Below are positions 48,427-58,377 of a stretch of 64,000 bases of DNA, piece by piece (the stretch's first letter is position 1; the number at the start of each line of letters is the position of its first letter). Source of the DNA: an uncultured virus (IMG/VR IMGVR_UViG_3300042257_000233) (Duplodnaviria > Heunggongvirae > Uroviricota > Caudoviricetes); the IMG/VR virus record IMGVR_UViG_3300042257_000233; one strand, 5' to 3'. The position numbers and the translations under genes were made by a program. The notes under the pieces are model-generated. The model was not told the origin of the DNA. It was given only the letters and a program-made list of their open reading frames with translations, and searched no databases.

Positions 48427-49773
48427 ATGATAAAAATGACGGTAGGTCTGCCGCTGTATAACAGCAAGAGAACCGCATGGTTAGCATTAACCAGCCTGTG
48501 CGCTCAACGCAATGTAAGTGAGCCATGGGAACTGATAGTGGCAGAAGAAGAAACGGAAGATATGGTAGGGGAGAAGACAATACGGTCGTATGAAAAGCGA
48601 CTGCGTGATGCCGGATGCATTAACATCGTTTATATCTCACTGAGCCAGTGGGTACCTCTGAGTAAGAAATGGCTATTGATGGCGCAGAAAGCAGCTAAGA
48701 GTAGCCGTCTGTTTTTATTGCAGGCATGTGACTGTTACAGTCAACCGTACCGGCTTGCCGATACGTGGACAACCTTTTGGGAAGGTCAGCCAGGATGCAT
48801 GTGGATTCAGGCTCCTACTGGGTTTTTTTACAATGTACGCAGCAACAAAGCTGCACTCTTTGATTGGGATAGCTACCCGGTGTATCACCCCTGCGGTCTG
48901 AATGTGGCGATTCCAACACAAATGCTGCTTCGCATCCCCATGGAAAGAGCAACCGTGAGACGTGGTGTAGATAGCTGGCTGTACAAACAGTGTCATTGCC
49001 CGGGAATACTCTGGATGAGTGACGAGCACGCGCATCTTGGCGTGGATGTGCATGGACTGAATAAATTGAGTGTAAGCCGTGGAGATCGCATTGACGCAGC
49101 AGAACCTCCATTTGTAGAGACAGACTGGAATCCGGAAGGTAACCTGCCAAAGAAGATTGCCAGCTGGCTGCGGGAAGTGGGTAAGACATTACCAGAGCGG
49201 TATGAGAGATTCCCCCTTATCACTATTGGTGTGATCTTCAGCCGTACTGATGAAGTGATGCAGCAACGGGTGATGGGAAGCATCCACAACTTATACTACA
49301 GCAATGTGGAATTTTTGAAAGTGGAAAACTATGATCGCAGCAAAACCATTGGCTATTGCCGCAACCAGATTGTGCAGCAGGCATCTGGCGAGTACGTTGC
49401 CTTTATCGATGATGATGACTGGGTGATGCCGGATTATCTGCATGCGCTTGCCGCAATCAGGGAACGGGCGCTGCGCGCTGGCGAAGATCCGGTGGGGGTG
49501 ATAAGCCACCTTACTCTGATAGATGAAACGCGGTACCAGCATGTGCAGGTGGCAAGCCCGGGCATGTGGAAGCGCCAATATCTGCTCAACCATCCGTTCA
49601 GTGAAACGCTGAAGAAGCACGTAACCGCCACCATGATGCAGGAGGCTGCAAAAGCCAAGCGCCACATTGCCTGCGCCCGTTGGTACTACGGCTACATGTA
49701 CTGTCAGCACAATGACAACGTAAGCGGCAACCACTGGGGAGACGAGAAAGATGGAATACAAACCAAAGCATAA
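48427..49773 (+). CDS. tandem GT-A (GT2-like) glycosyltransferase
   Basis: TVGLPLYN...WELIV; second domain RNQIVQQASGEYVAFIDDDD; ATG 48427 after GGAGG. Confidence 0.85.
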   Translation: MIKMTVGLPLYNSKRTAWLALTSLCAQRNVSEPWELIVAEEETEDMVGEKTIRSYEKRLRDAGCINIVYISLSQWVPLSKKWLLMAQKAAKSSRLFLLQACDCYSQPYRLADTWTTFWEGQPGCMWIQAPTGFFYNVRSNKAALFDWDSYPVYHPCGLNVAIPTQMLLRIPMERATVRRGVDSWLYKQCHCPGILWMSDEHAHLGVDVHGLNKLSVSRGDRIDAAEPPFVETDWNPEGNLPKKIASWLREVGKTLPERYERFPLITIGVIFSRTDEVMQQRVMGSIHNLYYSNVEFLKVENYDRSKTIGYCRNQIVQQASGEYVAFIDDDDWVMPDYLHALAAIRERALRAGEDPVGVISHLTLIDETRYQHVQVASPGMWKRQYLLNHPFSETLKKHVTATMMQEAAKAKRHIACARWYYGYMYCQHNDNVSGNHWGDEKDGIQTKA

Positions 49774-50251
49774 TCGGCCAGGCATGCCAACCCTGCGGGT
49801 GAAAGATCGTCTGCGCGACACCGGGCGATACGTGAACCGTTTTATAATGCCGGCAGAATACGAAAAGCTGCGCCCGGGGATGCCCGTGATGCGCTATGAT
49901 TTTAAGTTTAACCGGTACTGCTGTTTAACCGTAGAGCAGGATTTGGCCGAATATCTGAAGTTGAAATACCCGGACACGATCTACTTTGTGGATGAGCACA
50001 ACCAAGAGATGCGCGTACCTGATGAATTCACCGACATCCCGCACCGCCAGATGATGAAGGTAATGGGAGCCTACAACCGTGCGGCTAAAGAGATGGGGAT
50101 AACCGGTTACACTCTGGTAGGCAAGGCAGATGAGCTGCGTGACCGCTGCCGTGAGCTGAAAGAGAAGGGAGTGGAAATTGATCTGGTAGCCTTGGGAGTG
50201 AAAACAGTAGGAGAGGATGATGCCATCGAATCTGAGGAGAACGACCAATGA
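49751..50251 (+). CDS. hypothetical virion-module protein
   Basis: Syntenic with 9593-9946. Confidence 0.55.
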   Translation: MEYKPKHNRPGMPTLRVKDRLRDTGRYVNRFIMPAEYEKLRPGMPVMRYDFKFNRYCCLTVEQDLAEYLKLKYPDTIYFVDEHNQEMRVPDEFTDIPHRQMMKVMGAYNRAAKEMGITGYTLVGKADELRDRCRELKEKGVEIDLVALGVKTVGEDDAIESEENDQ

Positions 50252-50820
50252 CCTACGAAACATGCATCAACCAGATTCTTGAATTTGCTGGAGAAGGCTA
50301 TACCGGACAAAGCGCACTTGCCCGAACTGTGTTCAGACAGGTGATAGCAGAGAAGATGCTGGATGCTGCGGTGGGCGATGATGAGTTGCCGGGATTGATG
50401 CTGATAGATGCAAAAACCATGGCTGAAGGGGCTTCTACCATTGATCTGACAACCATTGATGGGTTTATGCAATTGATTGATCTTTTCCCTGGGCCAGAAG
50501 ATGAAGATGGATATATGTATCGTGAGCTCAGCAAGGCAGAACGCGACCGCATAGCCTACGATGATTCGTTTTTACCCGGCACAAATGAACTTGGCTGGTA
50601 TCGGGTAGGAAAGACCATTTATTTTGTACCCGCAGCCAATGCGTCTGGCCGCACCGTAAACATTAAATACAAGCGCACGCCGCTTGACTATGCATCTACA
50701 GTTACAGTTGGCAAGTGGGACGACACTACTGAGATGGACAATTACCTTACATACCCGATGCAGAGCTCGTGCATCCTGATGGCAGCAGATAGATTGAAAC
50801 AACTGGCAGAGAGGCGATAA
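50248..50820 (+). CDS. putative head-tail adaptor/ring protein
   Basis: WYRVGKTIYFVP...IKYKRTP pattern. Confidence 0.6.
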   Translation: MTYETCINQILEFAGEGYTGQSALARTVFRQVIAEKMLDAAVGDDELPGLMLIDAKTMAEGASTIDLTTIDGFMQLIDLFPGPEDEDGYMYRELSKAERDRIAYDDSFLPGTNELGWYRVGKTIYFVPAANASGRTVNIKYKRTPLDYASTVTVGKWDDTTEMDNYLTYPMQSSCILMAADRLKQLAERR

Positions 50821-51470
50821 TGAACATCAGTGACATAAAGACCCGATGCATGGATAAAATTGCCGACCTGCGAGACGGCAATGAAGTGGTGCGTGCACTT
50901 AATGCCACCATCGAGATTATTAACAGCAAGATACATGGCATCTACGACCGCCGGACGGTGGTTACCGATGGAGAGGCTGCCACGGGCTACACCTTGAGCA
51001 GTACCGTGCTTACCTTGAGCAGTGTGTTAAAAGAGCTGCAAGGTGTGTGGGTGAGCGGCTACGACAACCCATGGACTCCAATGCCCCGAACAGTGGTAGC
51101 TGCTAACGGAACCAGCACCACGTATGTAGACAACGGTAATGGTTCTATACTGTTTGCTGCGCTGCCTGATGATCCTACTATTTATGTGGAAGGGCTGTTT
51201 TGCATAGATGCAGTGAAATACACCGACACCACCCTGAGTGTGCCAGACAGCTGGAAGGCAGGCATCATGGCCGGTACGCTGGTAGACTTGCTGAGTGGGA
51301 GCCGCTACGAAAACGACAAACTTTTTGACCGAATGAACGCCATGTGGATGAGTTTTCTCGACGATATCTACATGTGGAGTGAGCGCCGCATCCCGCATTG
51401 GGAAGGCCAGGAATATAATTACCAAAACCCCACCGGGTGCATACCCAGTGAGCCAAGCGCCTTTCAGTAG
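50820..51470 (+). CDS. putative head-tail adaptor/ring protein
   Basis: Synteny; ISDIK...VVRALNAT...VPDSW..GI pattern. Confidence 0.55.
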   Translation: MNISDIKTRCMDKIADLRDGNEVVRALNATIEIINSKIHGIYDRRTVVTDGEAATGYTLSSTVLTLSSVLKELQGVWVSGYDNPWTPMPRTVVAANGTSTTYVDNGNGSILFAALPDDPTIYVEGLFCIDAVKYTDTTLSVPDSWKAGIMAGTLVDLLSGSRYENDKLFDRMNAMWMSFLDDIYMWSERRIPHWEGQEYNYQNPTGCIPSEPSAFQ

Positions 51471-51476
51471 GAACTT

Positions 51477-54400
51477 ATGGGAAAAACAATAGAGCTGCCA
51501 ATACCGGGAGTACTGAACAATGCCCAGCCGCCAGAGGAGCTGACTTTGCAGGAGATGCAGACCGCCACCAATTGTGAGATGCGCCGCCGTGGAAGATTGG
51601 ACGTGCGCAAGGGTGAAGTGGACAGCTACATCAACGACGGCTGGAAAGCACTGGTATCTGCCAGTGAAGTAAGCGGTGATATTGAGGATTGGTATATCTG
51701 GAACAGCCCACAGTTGCCAGAAGGCTGCTACGACGACGAAGTAATAGTGGTGTATAGCAGCGTGAAGCGGCTGTATGTGATATGGCGAACGGCAGCAGAA
51801 GTATGGACAGCCGAGAGTGTGAGCGTGAGCGGTGTTACCTTTGATGCTCCCACCTTTGAATTTCGCCCGGGACGGCAGGTGCTCTTAGTAACGGACAACC
51901 AAAACTATCCCTTCCGCATCTGGTTTGATGCAGACAAAGTGCTTCAAGCAGGGATGCTGCGCGTGCCTAACCCGGTGGAGCATGCCACCCTGAGCGCCTA
52001 TGGCAGCAGTTATGACAGTACGTGGTTTGAAGAAACCAGCAGTGACGACAAGCTGGGCGATTGTGCCATAGTACAGATGGCTTACACCGTGATAGATGAG
52101 TATGGAGCAGAGGGCAACCCCAGCCCCCGGAGTTTTAGCCTGAACATGCAGCTTTTTGCCAAAGATGCAGACACTGGCGAAGATGCTCGCTGGCTGGACA
52201 GAATAAAAGCCGACAACCTGAAGCTGCCGCCTGATCTGGATGAAGGTACCCTTGACCGGCAGAAATATTTTGGCATTTACCTGAGCATGGCCCGTAACAG
52301 TAACGGTACCGCTTATGCACCGCTGCTATACAGTGTGCGGGTGCCGATATATGCCAAGTATGATGAAAGCGGTGACCCGCTGCCAAACGAATATGTACTT
52401 ACTCAGATGCCCGACGGCAGCATTCAGGCAAGCTACGGCAACCTGGGCGCACCTATATCTGCCCATATCTGCGAGAATGCAGGGATTATTCAGCTGGGCG
52501 ATATCCGTACCCGGATGGAATTTTTGTGGGACAGTTTTAAATATTACCATCGTATAGAGATAAACAACCCGAATCTGGGGAACATGACGGATGCCAACAT
52601 TGTCTTGAAACTCGATCAATCCAGTATTAATAACTTAACAGTAGCAGACTTTGCTGTCAGCGATGGTGGTGGTGGCGGTGGCGGCCCCAGCATGGCAAAT
52701 ACCGGGCATATCCGCATCTTTGATGCCGACCGGATGACGCCACTTGCAGTGAACCTGCACCGCATTGATCTTGATGATGACTTTCTGCTGGTAGAAGTAC
52801 GCATACCGCAATTACTACCCAAGCAGCAGAACTACGTGTATCTGCTGTGGAACCCTGCCAGTGTAGCAGGAACCGGCACTTATACCGGCGCACCTGCGGC
52901 CTATAACACCTTTGAGTACGGCAAATTCTTTGCCGTGAACGTAGATACCTGGAGTGAGCAGCTGGTGGTGCCCACCGATAACCGGGTGCGTAATGACAAC
53001 CATGTGATATGCACCAGCGAAGAAGTGGCTCTGCAGGATGCCTTTGCCGATGCCGAAAGCGCAAGCATTACCGTGCCCAATGTGGCAGATACCAACAACT
53101 GCGGTGCCAGTGAAGAAGATTCATCGGCAAGCCATGCAGAGTTTGTGGGGCTGGGCTCTGGCAGTGCATTGATAAAGCTGTATGGCGAAGATCATAACAA
53201 TAACGCAATCGACTTCGGCGAAAAGACCAACTGGATAGAGTTAGACAATGTAGGGTTTGAAAATGGGCAGTTTACAGTCTTTGGTTTTTGCAAGATGGAT
53301 AGACTTGGCGTTGCTTTAAATACTTGGTATAGTCTGCTGTTTTCGTGTGGACAAAGTGGGGACACTTGGGACTTTTTTGGATTGCGCTCAAAAGCGGTAT
53401 CTTCTCTTACAACCATTGAATTCTATGACTCTAACGGTGGTGCACCTATCGTAGAGAACTACCGGCTTCTTCAGACAGATAATTATTTTTGCTATGTTAT
53501 TAGCGTAGATATGATTAACAACAAAGCCTTTGTTTTCATTGAAGAACTTTCGACTAAAACAATTTTGTATATAAAAGAGATAACCGCATTAGATTTCTCT
53601 GAAATTTCGGGTGTTGATAAAATCACTATAGGAGGAGAGTATTTTCTGGATGGGAGTACTACGAACTTTAGCCCTGACAACTATTATCATTCTCAATTCA
53701 ACGTAATAAAGGACATGTATGTAAACAATGCATCCAAGGTGCGAGCGCTGCGAATGTTTATGCCCTACTTTGAAACCGAGATGGTGGGCATAGAGTGGTG
53801 GGATGACACCAACCAGATAGCCAACGGAGATTTCAGCACGACGGACAACTGGGTTACGGGTACGGGGTGGAGCATTAACACGGTATCTGGTTTAGCCCGC
53901 TGTGATGGATCGCAGAGCACGGTGAGCGACCTCACCCATACATCCTTTGTATTACGCCACAACGAGATGACTAAGATACGGATAAAGCTGCAAAACGTAA
54001 CCGCGGGAGGTATTTTAGTGTGCAGCACGGCATCAGTGTCGGTTGGATATCATCCACGTTTTTTATCTTCGGACGGAACGTATGACATACCCATAGAAGA
54101 AAGTGGTGATACCTATTTCTTTATACGGGCAACCAGCAGCTTTGCCGGTGAGATAGACTTTGTGTATGGTTATCGGCCAAAGTACAATCAGAATGTCACC
54201 TTTGGCGAGACCAAGGAGATAGAGTGGAAGGATTACCCGCAGCGGGTAGTATGGACACAGCCCCGTGGCTTGAATGTGCCTGCTGCGTTTTACCGTGACT
54301 TCAAGGAGCGGGTAAATGGTTTGATCCCGGTGCGTGGCGGTAACGAAGAGCAGGACAGGGCCGTAACGGTAGTGCTTACCCGCAACCGTTTTTGCACTTT

Positions 54401-54689
54401 TATGCTTGAAGGCAGCGCGGATGCCTGGGCTGCAAGCCCCAGTGCCATAATAGAGGCGGGTGAGAACCAGGGCATCCTGCAGAAATACGCATGGTGCGAG
54501 ATGGACGGAATTTTGTATTGGATAAACGAGCAGGGCCTGATGCGCTGCCGTGACGGGCGCACTGTAGAGCGGCTGGCGGTGGGGCAGGATGGCTTTGACA
54601 CAATAGATTTAAGTATAACCAGTGGTGCCACTTACCGGCTGATACCATGCCCGGTGCGCCACCAGATATTAATAGTGCGTAATTCATAG
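51477..54689 (+). CDS. tail nozzle protein, N-terminal part, module B
   Basis: Homologous to the first ~1170 aa of 11206-15381 (YTVIDEYGAEGNPSP; LEGSADAW; GILYWINEQG). Confidence 0.75.
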   Translation: MGKTIELPIPGVLNNAQPPEELTLQEMQTATNCEMRRRGRLDVRKGEVDSYINDGWKALVSASEVSGDIEDWYIWNSPQLPEGCYDDEVIVVYSSVKRLYVIWRTAAEVWTAESVSVSGVTFDAPTFEFRPGRQVLLVTDNQNYPFRIWFDADKVLQAGMLRVPNPVEHATLSAYGSSYDSTWFEETSSDDKLGDCAIVQMAYTVIDEYGAEGNPSPRSFSLNMQLFAKDADTGEDARWLDRIKADNLKLPPDLDEGTLDRQKYFGIYLSMARNSNGTAYAPLLYSVRVPIYAKYDESGDPLPNEYVLTQMPDGSIQASYGNLGAPISAHICENAGIIQLGDIRTRMEFLWDSFKYYHRIEINNPNLGNMTDANIVLKLDQSSINNLTVADFAVSDGGGGGGGPSMANTGHIRIFDADRMTPLAVNLHRIDLDDDFLLVEVRIPQLLPKQQNYVYLLWNPASVAGTGTYTGAPAAYNTFEYGKFFAVNVDTWSEQLVVPTDNRVRNDNHVICTSEEVALQDAFADAESASITVPNVADTNNCGASEEDSSASHAEFVGLGSGSALIKLYGEDHNNNAIDFGEKTNWIELDNVGFENGQFTVFGFCKMDRLGVALNTWYSLLFSCGQSGDTWDFFGLRSKAVSSLTTIEFYDSNGGAPIVENYRLLQTDNYFCYVISVDMINNKAFVFIEELSTKTILYIKEITALDFSEISGVDKITIGGEYFLDGSTTNFSPDNYYHSQFNVIKDMYVNNASKVRALRMFMPYFETEMVGIEWWDDTNQIANGDFSTTDNWVTGTGWSINTVSGLARCDGSQSTVSDLTHTSFVLRHNEMTKIRIKLQNVTAGGILVCSTASVSVGYHPRFLSSDGTYDIPIEESGDTYFFIRATSSFAGEIDFVYGYRPKYNQNVTFGETKEIEWKDYPQRVVWTQPRGLNVPAAFYRDFKERVNGLIPVRGGNEEQDRAVTVVLTRNRFCTFMLEGSADAWAASPSAIIEAGENQGILQKYAWCEMDGILYWINEQGLMRCRDGRTVERLAVGQDGFDTIDLSITSGATYRLIPCPVRHQILIVRNS

Positions 54690-54694
54690 GAGGA

Positions 54695-55006
54695 ATGATG
54701 GAGAAGAAGACAGGGGCTTTGCCCCGGGTTGCTTTTGGCGATGTTTCCGACAGCTATGCTGACTTTGCGATAGTGCGGGAGACACTAACCGATGGAGAGA
54801 TCAAAGAAATTACGCCTCCCGATTTTGCGGCATGGGCGATAGTAGAGAGTAATGAAGATGTACGGGCGTATCGCCGGGTTACTGGTGAATACCGGCAGAG
54901 CATGGATCATTCTCTGCCTATGATCAACGTTAGTAGTTTTGGTTTACAGCGTACCGCCTCAGGTGAACAGACGGTAACTATAACCTATTACCTTTTTGCA
55001 GGTTAA
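54695..55006 (+). CDS. hypothetical protein
   Basis: GGAGG RBS; first gene of the inserted block. Confidence 0.6.
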   Translation: MMEKKTGALPRVAFGDVSDSYADFAIVRETLTDGEIKEITPPDFAAWAIVESNEDVRAYRRVTGEYRQSMDHSLPMINVSSFGLQRTASGEQTVTITYYLFAG

Positions 55007-55017
55007 GGGGGGAGTAC

Positions 55018-56430
55018 ATGGTTGGACCTATTGCAGTAAACTCTGCGCGATGGAAACGTAAAGATGGTGATTTGGTACCTCGAAAAGATGGAGAAGGAGT
55101 AAGGGTAGATGAGCTTAACGGAGCAGATATTAAAAACGCTCCTGCTGATCTTGCGCTGGCCGCAGATGGTTCTGGTGGGCTACGGTTCATTGACCTCAGC
55201 TACGCAAGCGACGCTTACGGCGTGTGCTATGATCTCGACACCGGTGAGTTTACCCGACTGGGCACACTTGCGGCTATCTCTGCCACGTACGATACAAGCT
55301 ACAAGCCGCTCAGCAATGTACCCGATTTGCTGTTGCCGATACAGCGCAACATGCGCCGGTGCCTGCTGAAAGATGACCGGACGGTAAACTACTATTGCAG
55401 CGCTACGGACACAACCAAAAAGGCAAACGGAGAAGCTGCTGTGCTTGATGGCACCGATGGGCAAGTGATGGTGGAAATTCCTGCGCACTGGTGGAAATTC
55501 GAGCGTATAGGCAACAAGCTGTACTGGTGGGTCGCTCCAACAGAAAAGACGGGTTATGGATGGAACTACTTTCCCAAAAATTATTATGGTACATACGAAG
55601 GGCAGTTGTATGACCATAGCGCTGGCAGTATTGTAGGCGGCCAAGGTGGAGCCGATACAGCCAACGACAAGCTCTGCTCGGTAAGCGGAGTAGAAGCGCA
55701 TACTGATGAGACAATCGTAGAATATCGTGACATAGCAACGAATCGTGGCACCGGTTGGTATCAGCAAGCAAATCACATTGACGCCGCAGTTGCACGACTC
55801 TATCTCATTGAGTATGCCAGCTTTGACACGCAAAGCAAAATATCGGAAGGTTTAACGAATGCGAGTAGTGGAGATTGGGGCGCATATAATGGCTATTGCC
55901 CGCTGCATGCCGCAGGCATTACTAACAGTTTAGGTAACACCTCCGGTGAAGTAGCGCTGAACATCGAAAATTTCGTCGATGGAACGGGGACGTTGAGCAC
56001 ACAGGCAATGAGTTATCGCGGAATAGAGAATTGGTATGGGCATCTTTGGAAGTGGCTGGACGGAGCGAACGTACACAACAGCCTTGCCAGTGGCAGCAGA
56101 TTGTATTTGTGTAGCGATCCTGCAAATTTCGCAAGCGACACCTCAACCAATTATGAGTTAGTCGGGACATTGCCGCAAACCGCGAACTATTACGACGTAT
56201 TACCTCTGGATAACGGGTTTTACCCATCAACAACAGTAAAAGGCTCTACCACAGGGTTGTGCGATTACTTTTACACGGCTTACCCGGCTGAGGGGTGGCG
56301 TGTCGTGGCTGTTGGTGGTGCCGCGTCTTACGGTGTGCTAGCGGGCGCTTTCTGCGTTCTTTCGCTTAGCGCTTCCTCGTATGACCATTCGTACTTTGGC
56401 GGTCGTCTCTGCGCGGCTGCTGGAGAGTAA
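55018..56430 (+). CDS. DGR target protein; putative receptor-binding fibre with C-terminal C-type-lectin-fold VR
   Basis: DGQVMVEIP, YRGIENWYGHLWKW, ends in GG.A..G..AG.F...GGRLC encoded by the VR. Confidence 0.9.
   Translation: MVGPIAVNSARWKRKDGDLVPRKDGEGVRVDELNGADIKNAPADLALAADGSGGLRFIDLSYASDAYGVCYDLDTGEFTRLGTLAAISATYDTSYKPLSNVPDLLLPIQRNMRRCLLKDDRTVNYYCSATDTTKKANGEAAVLDGTDGQVMVEIPAHWWKFERIGNKLYWWVAPTEKTGYGWNYFPKNYYGTYEGQLYDHSAGSIVGGQGGADTANDKLCSVSGVEAHTDETIVEYRDIATNRGTGWYQQANHIDAAVARLYLIEYASFDTQSKISEGLTNASSGDWGAYNGYCPLHAAGITNSLGNTSGEVALNIENFVDGTGTLSTQAMSYRGIENWYGHLWKWLDGANVHNSLASGSRLYLCSDPANFASDTSTNYELVGTLPQTANYYDVLPLDNGFYPSTTVKGSTTGLCDYFYTAYPAEGWRVVAVGGAASYGVLAGAFCVLSLSASSYDHSYFGGRLCAAAGE
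56300..56412 (+). repeat. DGR variable repeat (VR)
   Basis: 113-nt ungapped match to TR; 22 mismatches, all opposite TR adenines. Confidence 0.97.
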
Positions 56431-56456
56431 CAGTATGAGAACAAGCATCTCTGGTA

Positions 56457-56569
56457 GTGTCGTGGCTGTTGGTGGTAACGCGAATAACAGTGTGAAAGCA
56501 GGCGCTTTCTACGTTAATTCGAATAACGATTCCTCGAATGACAATTCGAACATTGGCAGTCGTCTCAGC
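56457..56569 (+). ncRNA. DGR template repeat (TR)
   Basis: AAC/AAT-rich copy of the VR between target and RT. Confidence 0.97.
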
Positions 56570-56680
56570 TTATCTAAACCTTATGCCAGAGTTGCTTTGC
56601 CTCTTGGCAGAACACAAAGCAATGCCTCATTACGTTTTGGTACCATTGAGAATGGGAAGAATCGGAGGTGAAATAAGCAG

Positions 56681-57736
56681 ATGAAACGATATAACAACTT
56701 ATATCAAAAAGTGTATGAAATGGAAAATCTGTTGATGGCCCATAAAAACGCTCGCAAAGGTAAGGCACACTACAAAGAGGTTAGGGAGATAGACCAGGAT
56801 ACTGAGAAGTCTTTGCTTAGCCTTCAGCAATTGCTTATGAACAAAACGTTTGAAAATTCGGCATACACGCACATAACACGCACTATGAAAAGCGGCAAGG
56901 TGCGTAAGATTGCCAAGTTGCCATACTACCCAGACCGAATAGTGCATCATGCGATCATACAAGTTGTTGGAGATATTTGGAAAAAAAGATTCATTAACAA
57001 CACGTATGCCTGCATAAAGGGGCGGGGTATCCATAAGTGTGTGAGGAAAATAAAGCAAGACTTGATAAACAGAGAAGCAACACGGTATTGTCTTAAAATG
57101 GATGTTAAGCAGTTCTATCCATCGGTTAATCATGACGTATTGAAGATGATTATTCGAAAGAAGATAAAAGACAAAGATTTGCTTTGGTTGTTAGATTTAA
57201 TCATTGATTCTGAAGAAGGGCTTCCTATCGGGAATTATTTAAGCCAATTCTTGGGGAATCTATATTTATCAGAGATTGATCATTACATTAAAGAGCAATT
57301 GCACTGTCATTACTATTACCGCTATTGTGACGACATGGTGATATTAAGCGATAACAAGCGTTGGCTACACGATATACGCATAATCTTGGAATCTCAGCTG
57401 AGTACTATACGTCTTGAATTAAAGTCTAACTGGCAGGTGTTCCCCGTTGCTTCCAGAGGCATAGATTTTCTTGGCTATCGTTTTTTCCACGGGTATACAT
57501 TGCTTCGTAAAACTATTGCTAATGGCATAAAAGAGAGCATGAAAGAAGTCAAGCAAAAGTGGGAAAGAATACCTGCTCAGACTGTTATATCGCGAGTCAT
57601 GAGCTATTATGGATGGATGCAATACAGCAATTGTCGTAACCTAAAAAACAAACATATTGATGATGAAATCTTCTGGATAGTGAAGCAGAAGGCGAAAGAG
57701 CTCGGCATTGCAAATCCCCTCCAGGGGGCAGCATGA
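56681..57736 (+). CDS. DGR reverse transcriptase
   Basis: DRIVHHA, KGRG.H, LKMDV.QFY.S, GLPIGNYLSQ, YYRYCDD, GIDFLGY. Confidence 0.97.
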   Translation: MKRYNNLYQKVYEMENLLMAHKNARKGKAHYKEVREIDQDTEKSLLSLQQLLMNKTFENSAYTHITRTMKSGKVRKIAKLPYYPDRIVHHAIIQVVGDIWKKRFINNTYACIKGRGIHKCVRKIKQDLINREATRYCLKMDVKQFYPSVNHDVLKMIIRKKIKDKDLLWLLDLIIDSEEGLPIGNYLSQFLGNLYLSEIDHYIKEQLHCHYYYRYCDDMVILSDNKRWLHDIRIILESQLSTIRLELKSNWQVFPVASRGIDFLGYRFFHGYTLLRKTIANGIKESMKEVKQKWERIPAQTVISRVMSYYGWMQYSNCRNLKNKHIDDEIFWIVKQKAKELGIANPLQGAA

Positions 57737-58023
57737 AAAAGTTTAGTGACTTTGCCAAAGAGAAAGTGCTTGATGGAGAGAAGATGCGTATTGACGACGT
57801 GCTGAACGAAGACATAAAAGTGGTTAACTTCACGATTAAAACGTCAAAATATCCAAAGAATAACAGCGGCAAGTATCTTACTTTGCAAATAGAGCGAAAT
57901 AGCCGGAAATATGTTGTTTTTACCGGTTCTGATGTTTTGATAGAACAAATGGAAAAGTATGGAGATGAGGTTCCATTTGAGGCGACAATCAGAAAAATCA
58001 ATCGATACTACAGTTTAACTTAG
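57733..58023 (+). CDS. small beta-rich protein coupled to the RT (candidate non-Avd accessory)
   Basis: ATGA overlap with the RT stop; alternating hydrophobic strands, VVFTGS motif. Confidence 0.7.
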   Translation: MKKFSDFAKEKVLDGEKMRIDDVLNEDIKVVNFTIKTSKYPKNNSGKYLTLQIERNSRKYVVFTGSDVLIEQMEKYGDEVPFEATIRKINRYYSLT

Positions 58024-58032
58024 GAGGATAGG

Positions 58033-58368
58033 ATGAGGATGAGCGAAAGCAAGCTACGGCAGCCTGATGTGATACCGCAAGGGCAGGCCAAGCTAATTAA
58101 CTTCAATCATGAGCAGGTTACCCGAACAGGTGAGGATGGACTGACTGAAGCCTTTTGGAGATGTGAGCAGGTGCGGGTTCATGCCTACGCATCTCGCGGT
58201 GCGATAATTTCAGCCATAATCCGTAACAAATATGATGAGCCGGGGCAGGAAGCTGCACTTATTAACAATGCTATTGCAAACCCAGAAGAGGCTACAGCAC
58301 AGGCAGAATACGCAGAATACCAGCAGCGCCGGCAGATGGCAAAAGCCGTAGCAGATAGCATCCAGTAA
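58033..58368 (+). CDS. putative fibre-associated/chaperone protein
   Basis: IISAIIRNKY...EYAEYQ..R..AK pattern, recalled next to phage fibre genes. Confidence 0.5.
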   Translation: MRMSESKLRQPDVIPQGQAKLINFNHEQVTRTGEDGLTEAFWRCEQVRVHAYASRGAIISAIIRNKYDEPGQEAALINNAIANPEEATAQAEYAEYQQRRQMAKAVADSIQ

Positions 58369-58377
58369 AGGACGAAC

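Larger units (their letters stand above)
55018..58023 (+). mobile_element. diversity-generating retroelement (target-VR, TR, RT, candidate accessory gene)
   Basis: Adenine-specific TR/VR pair plus DGR-type RT. Confidence 0.95.

Noticed and set aside
52664..52684. GGT/GGC run encoding seven glycines in the nozzle
   Set aside because: Mixed-codon flexible linker with no sign of phase variation
56381..56671. 96-aa ORF across the TR
   Set aside because: Asn-rich translation of the template repeat in the VR frame; not Avd-like
56681..57736. RT as group II intron, retron or Abi RT
   Set aside because: Short, no maturase/endonuclease extension, has the DGR SQ motif and an adjacent adenine-specific TR/VR pair
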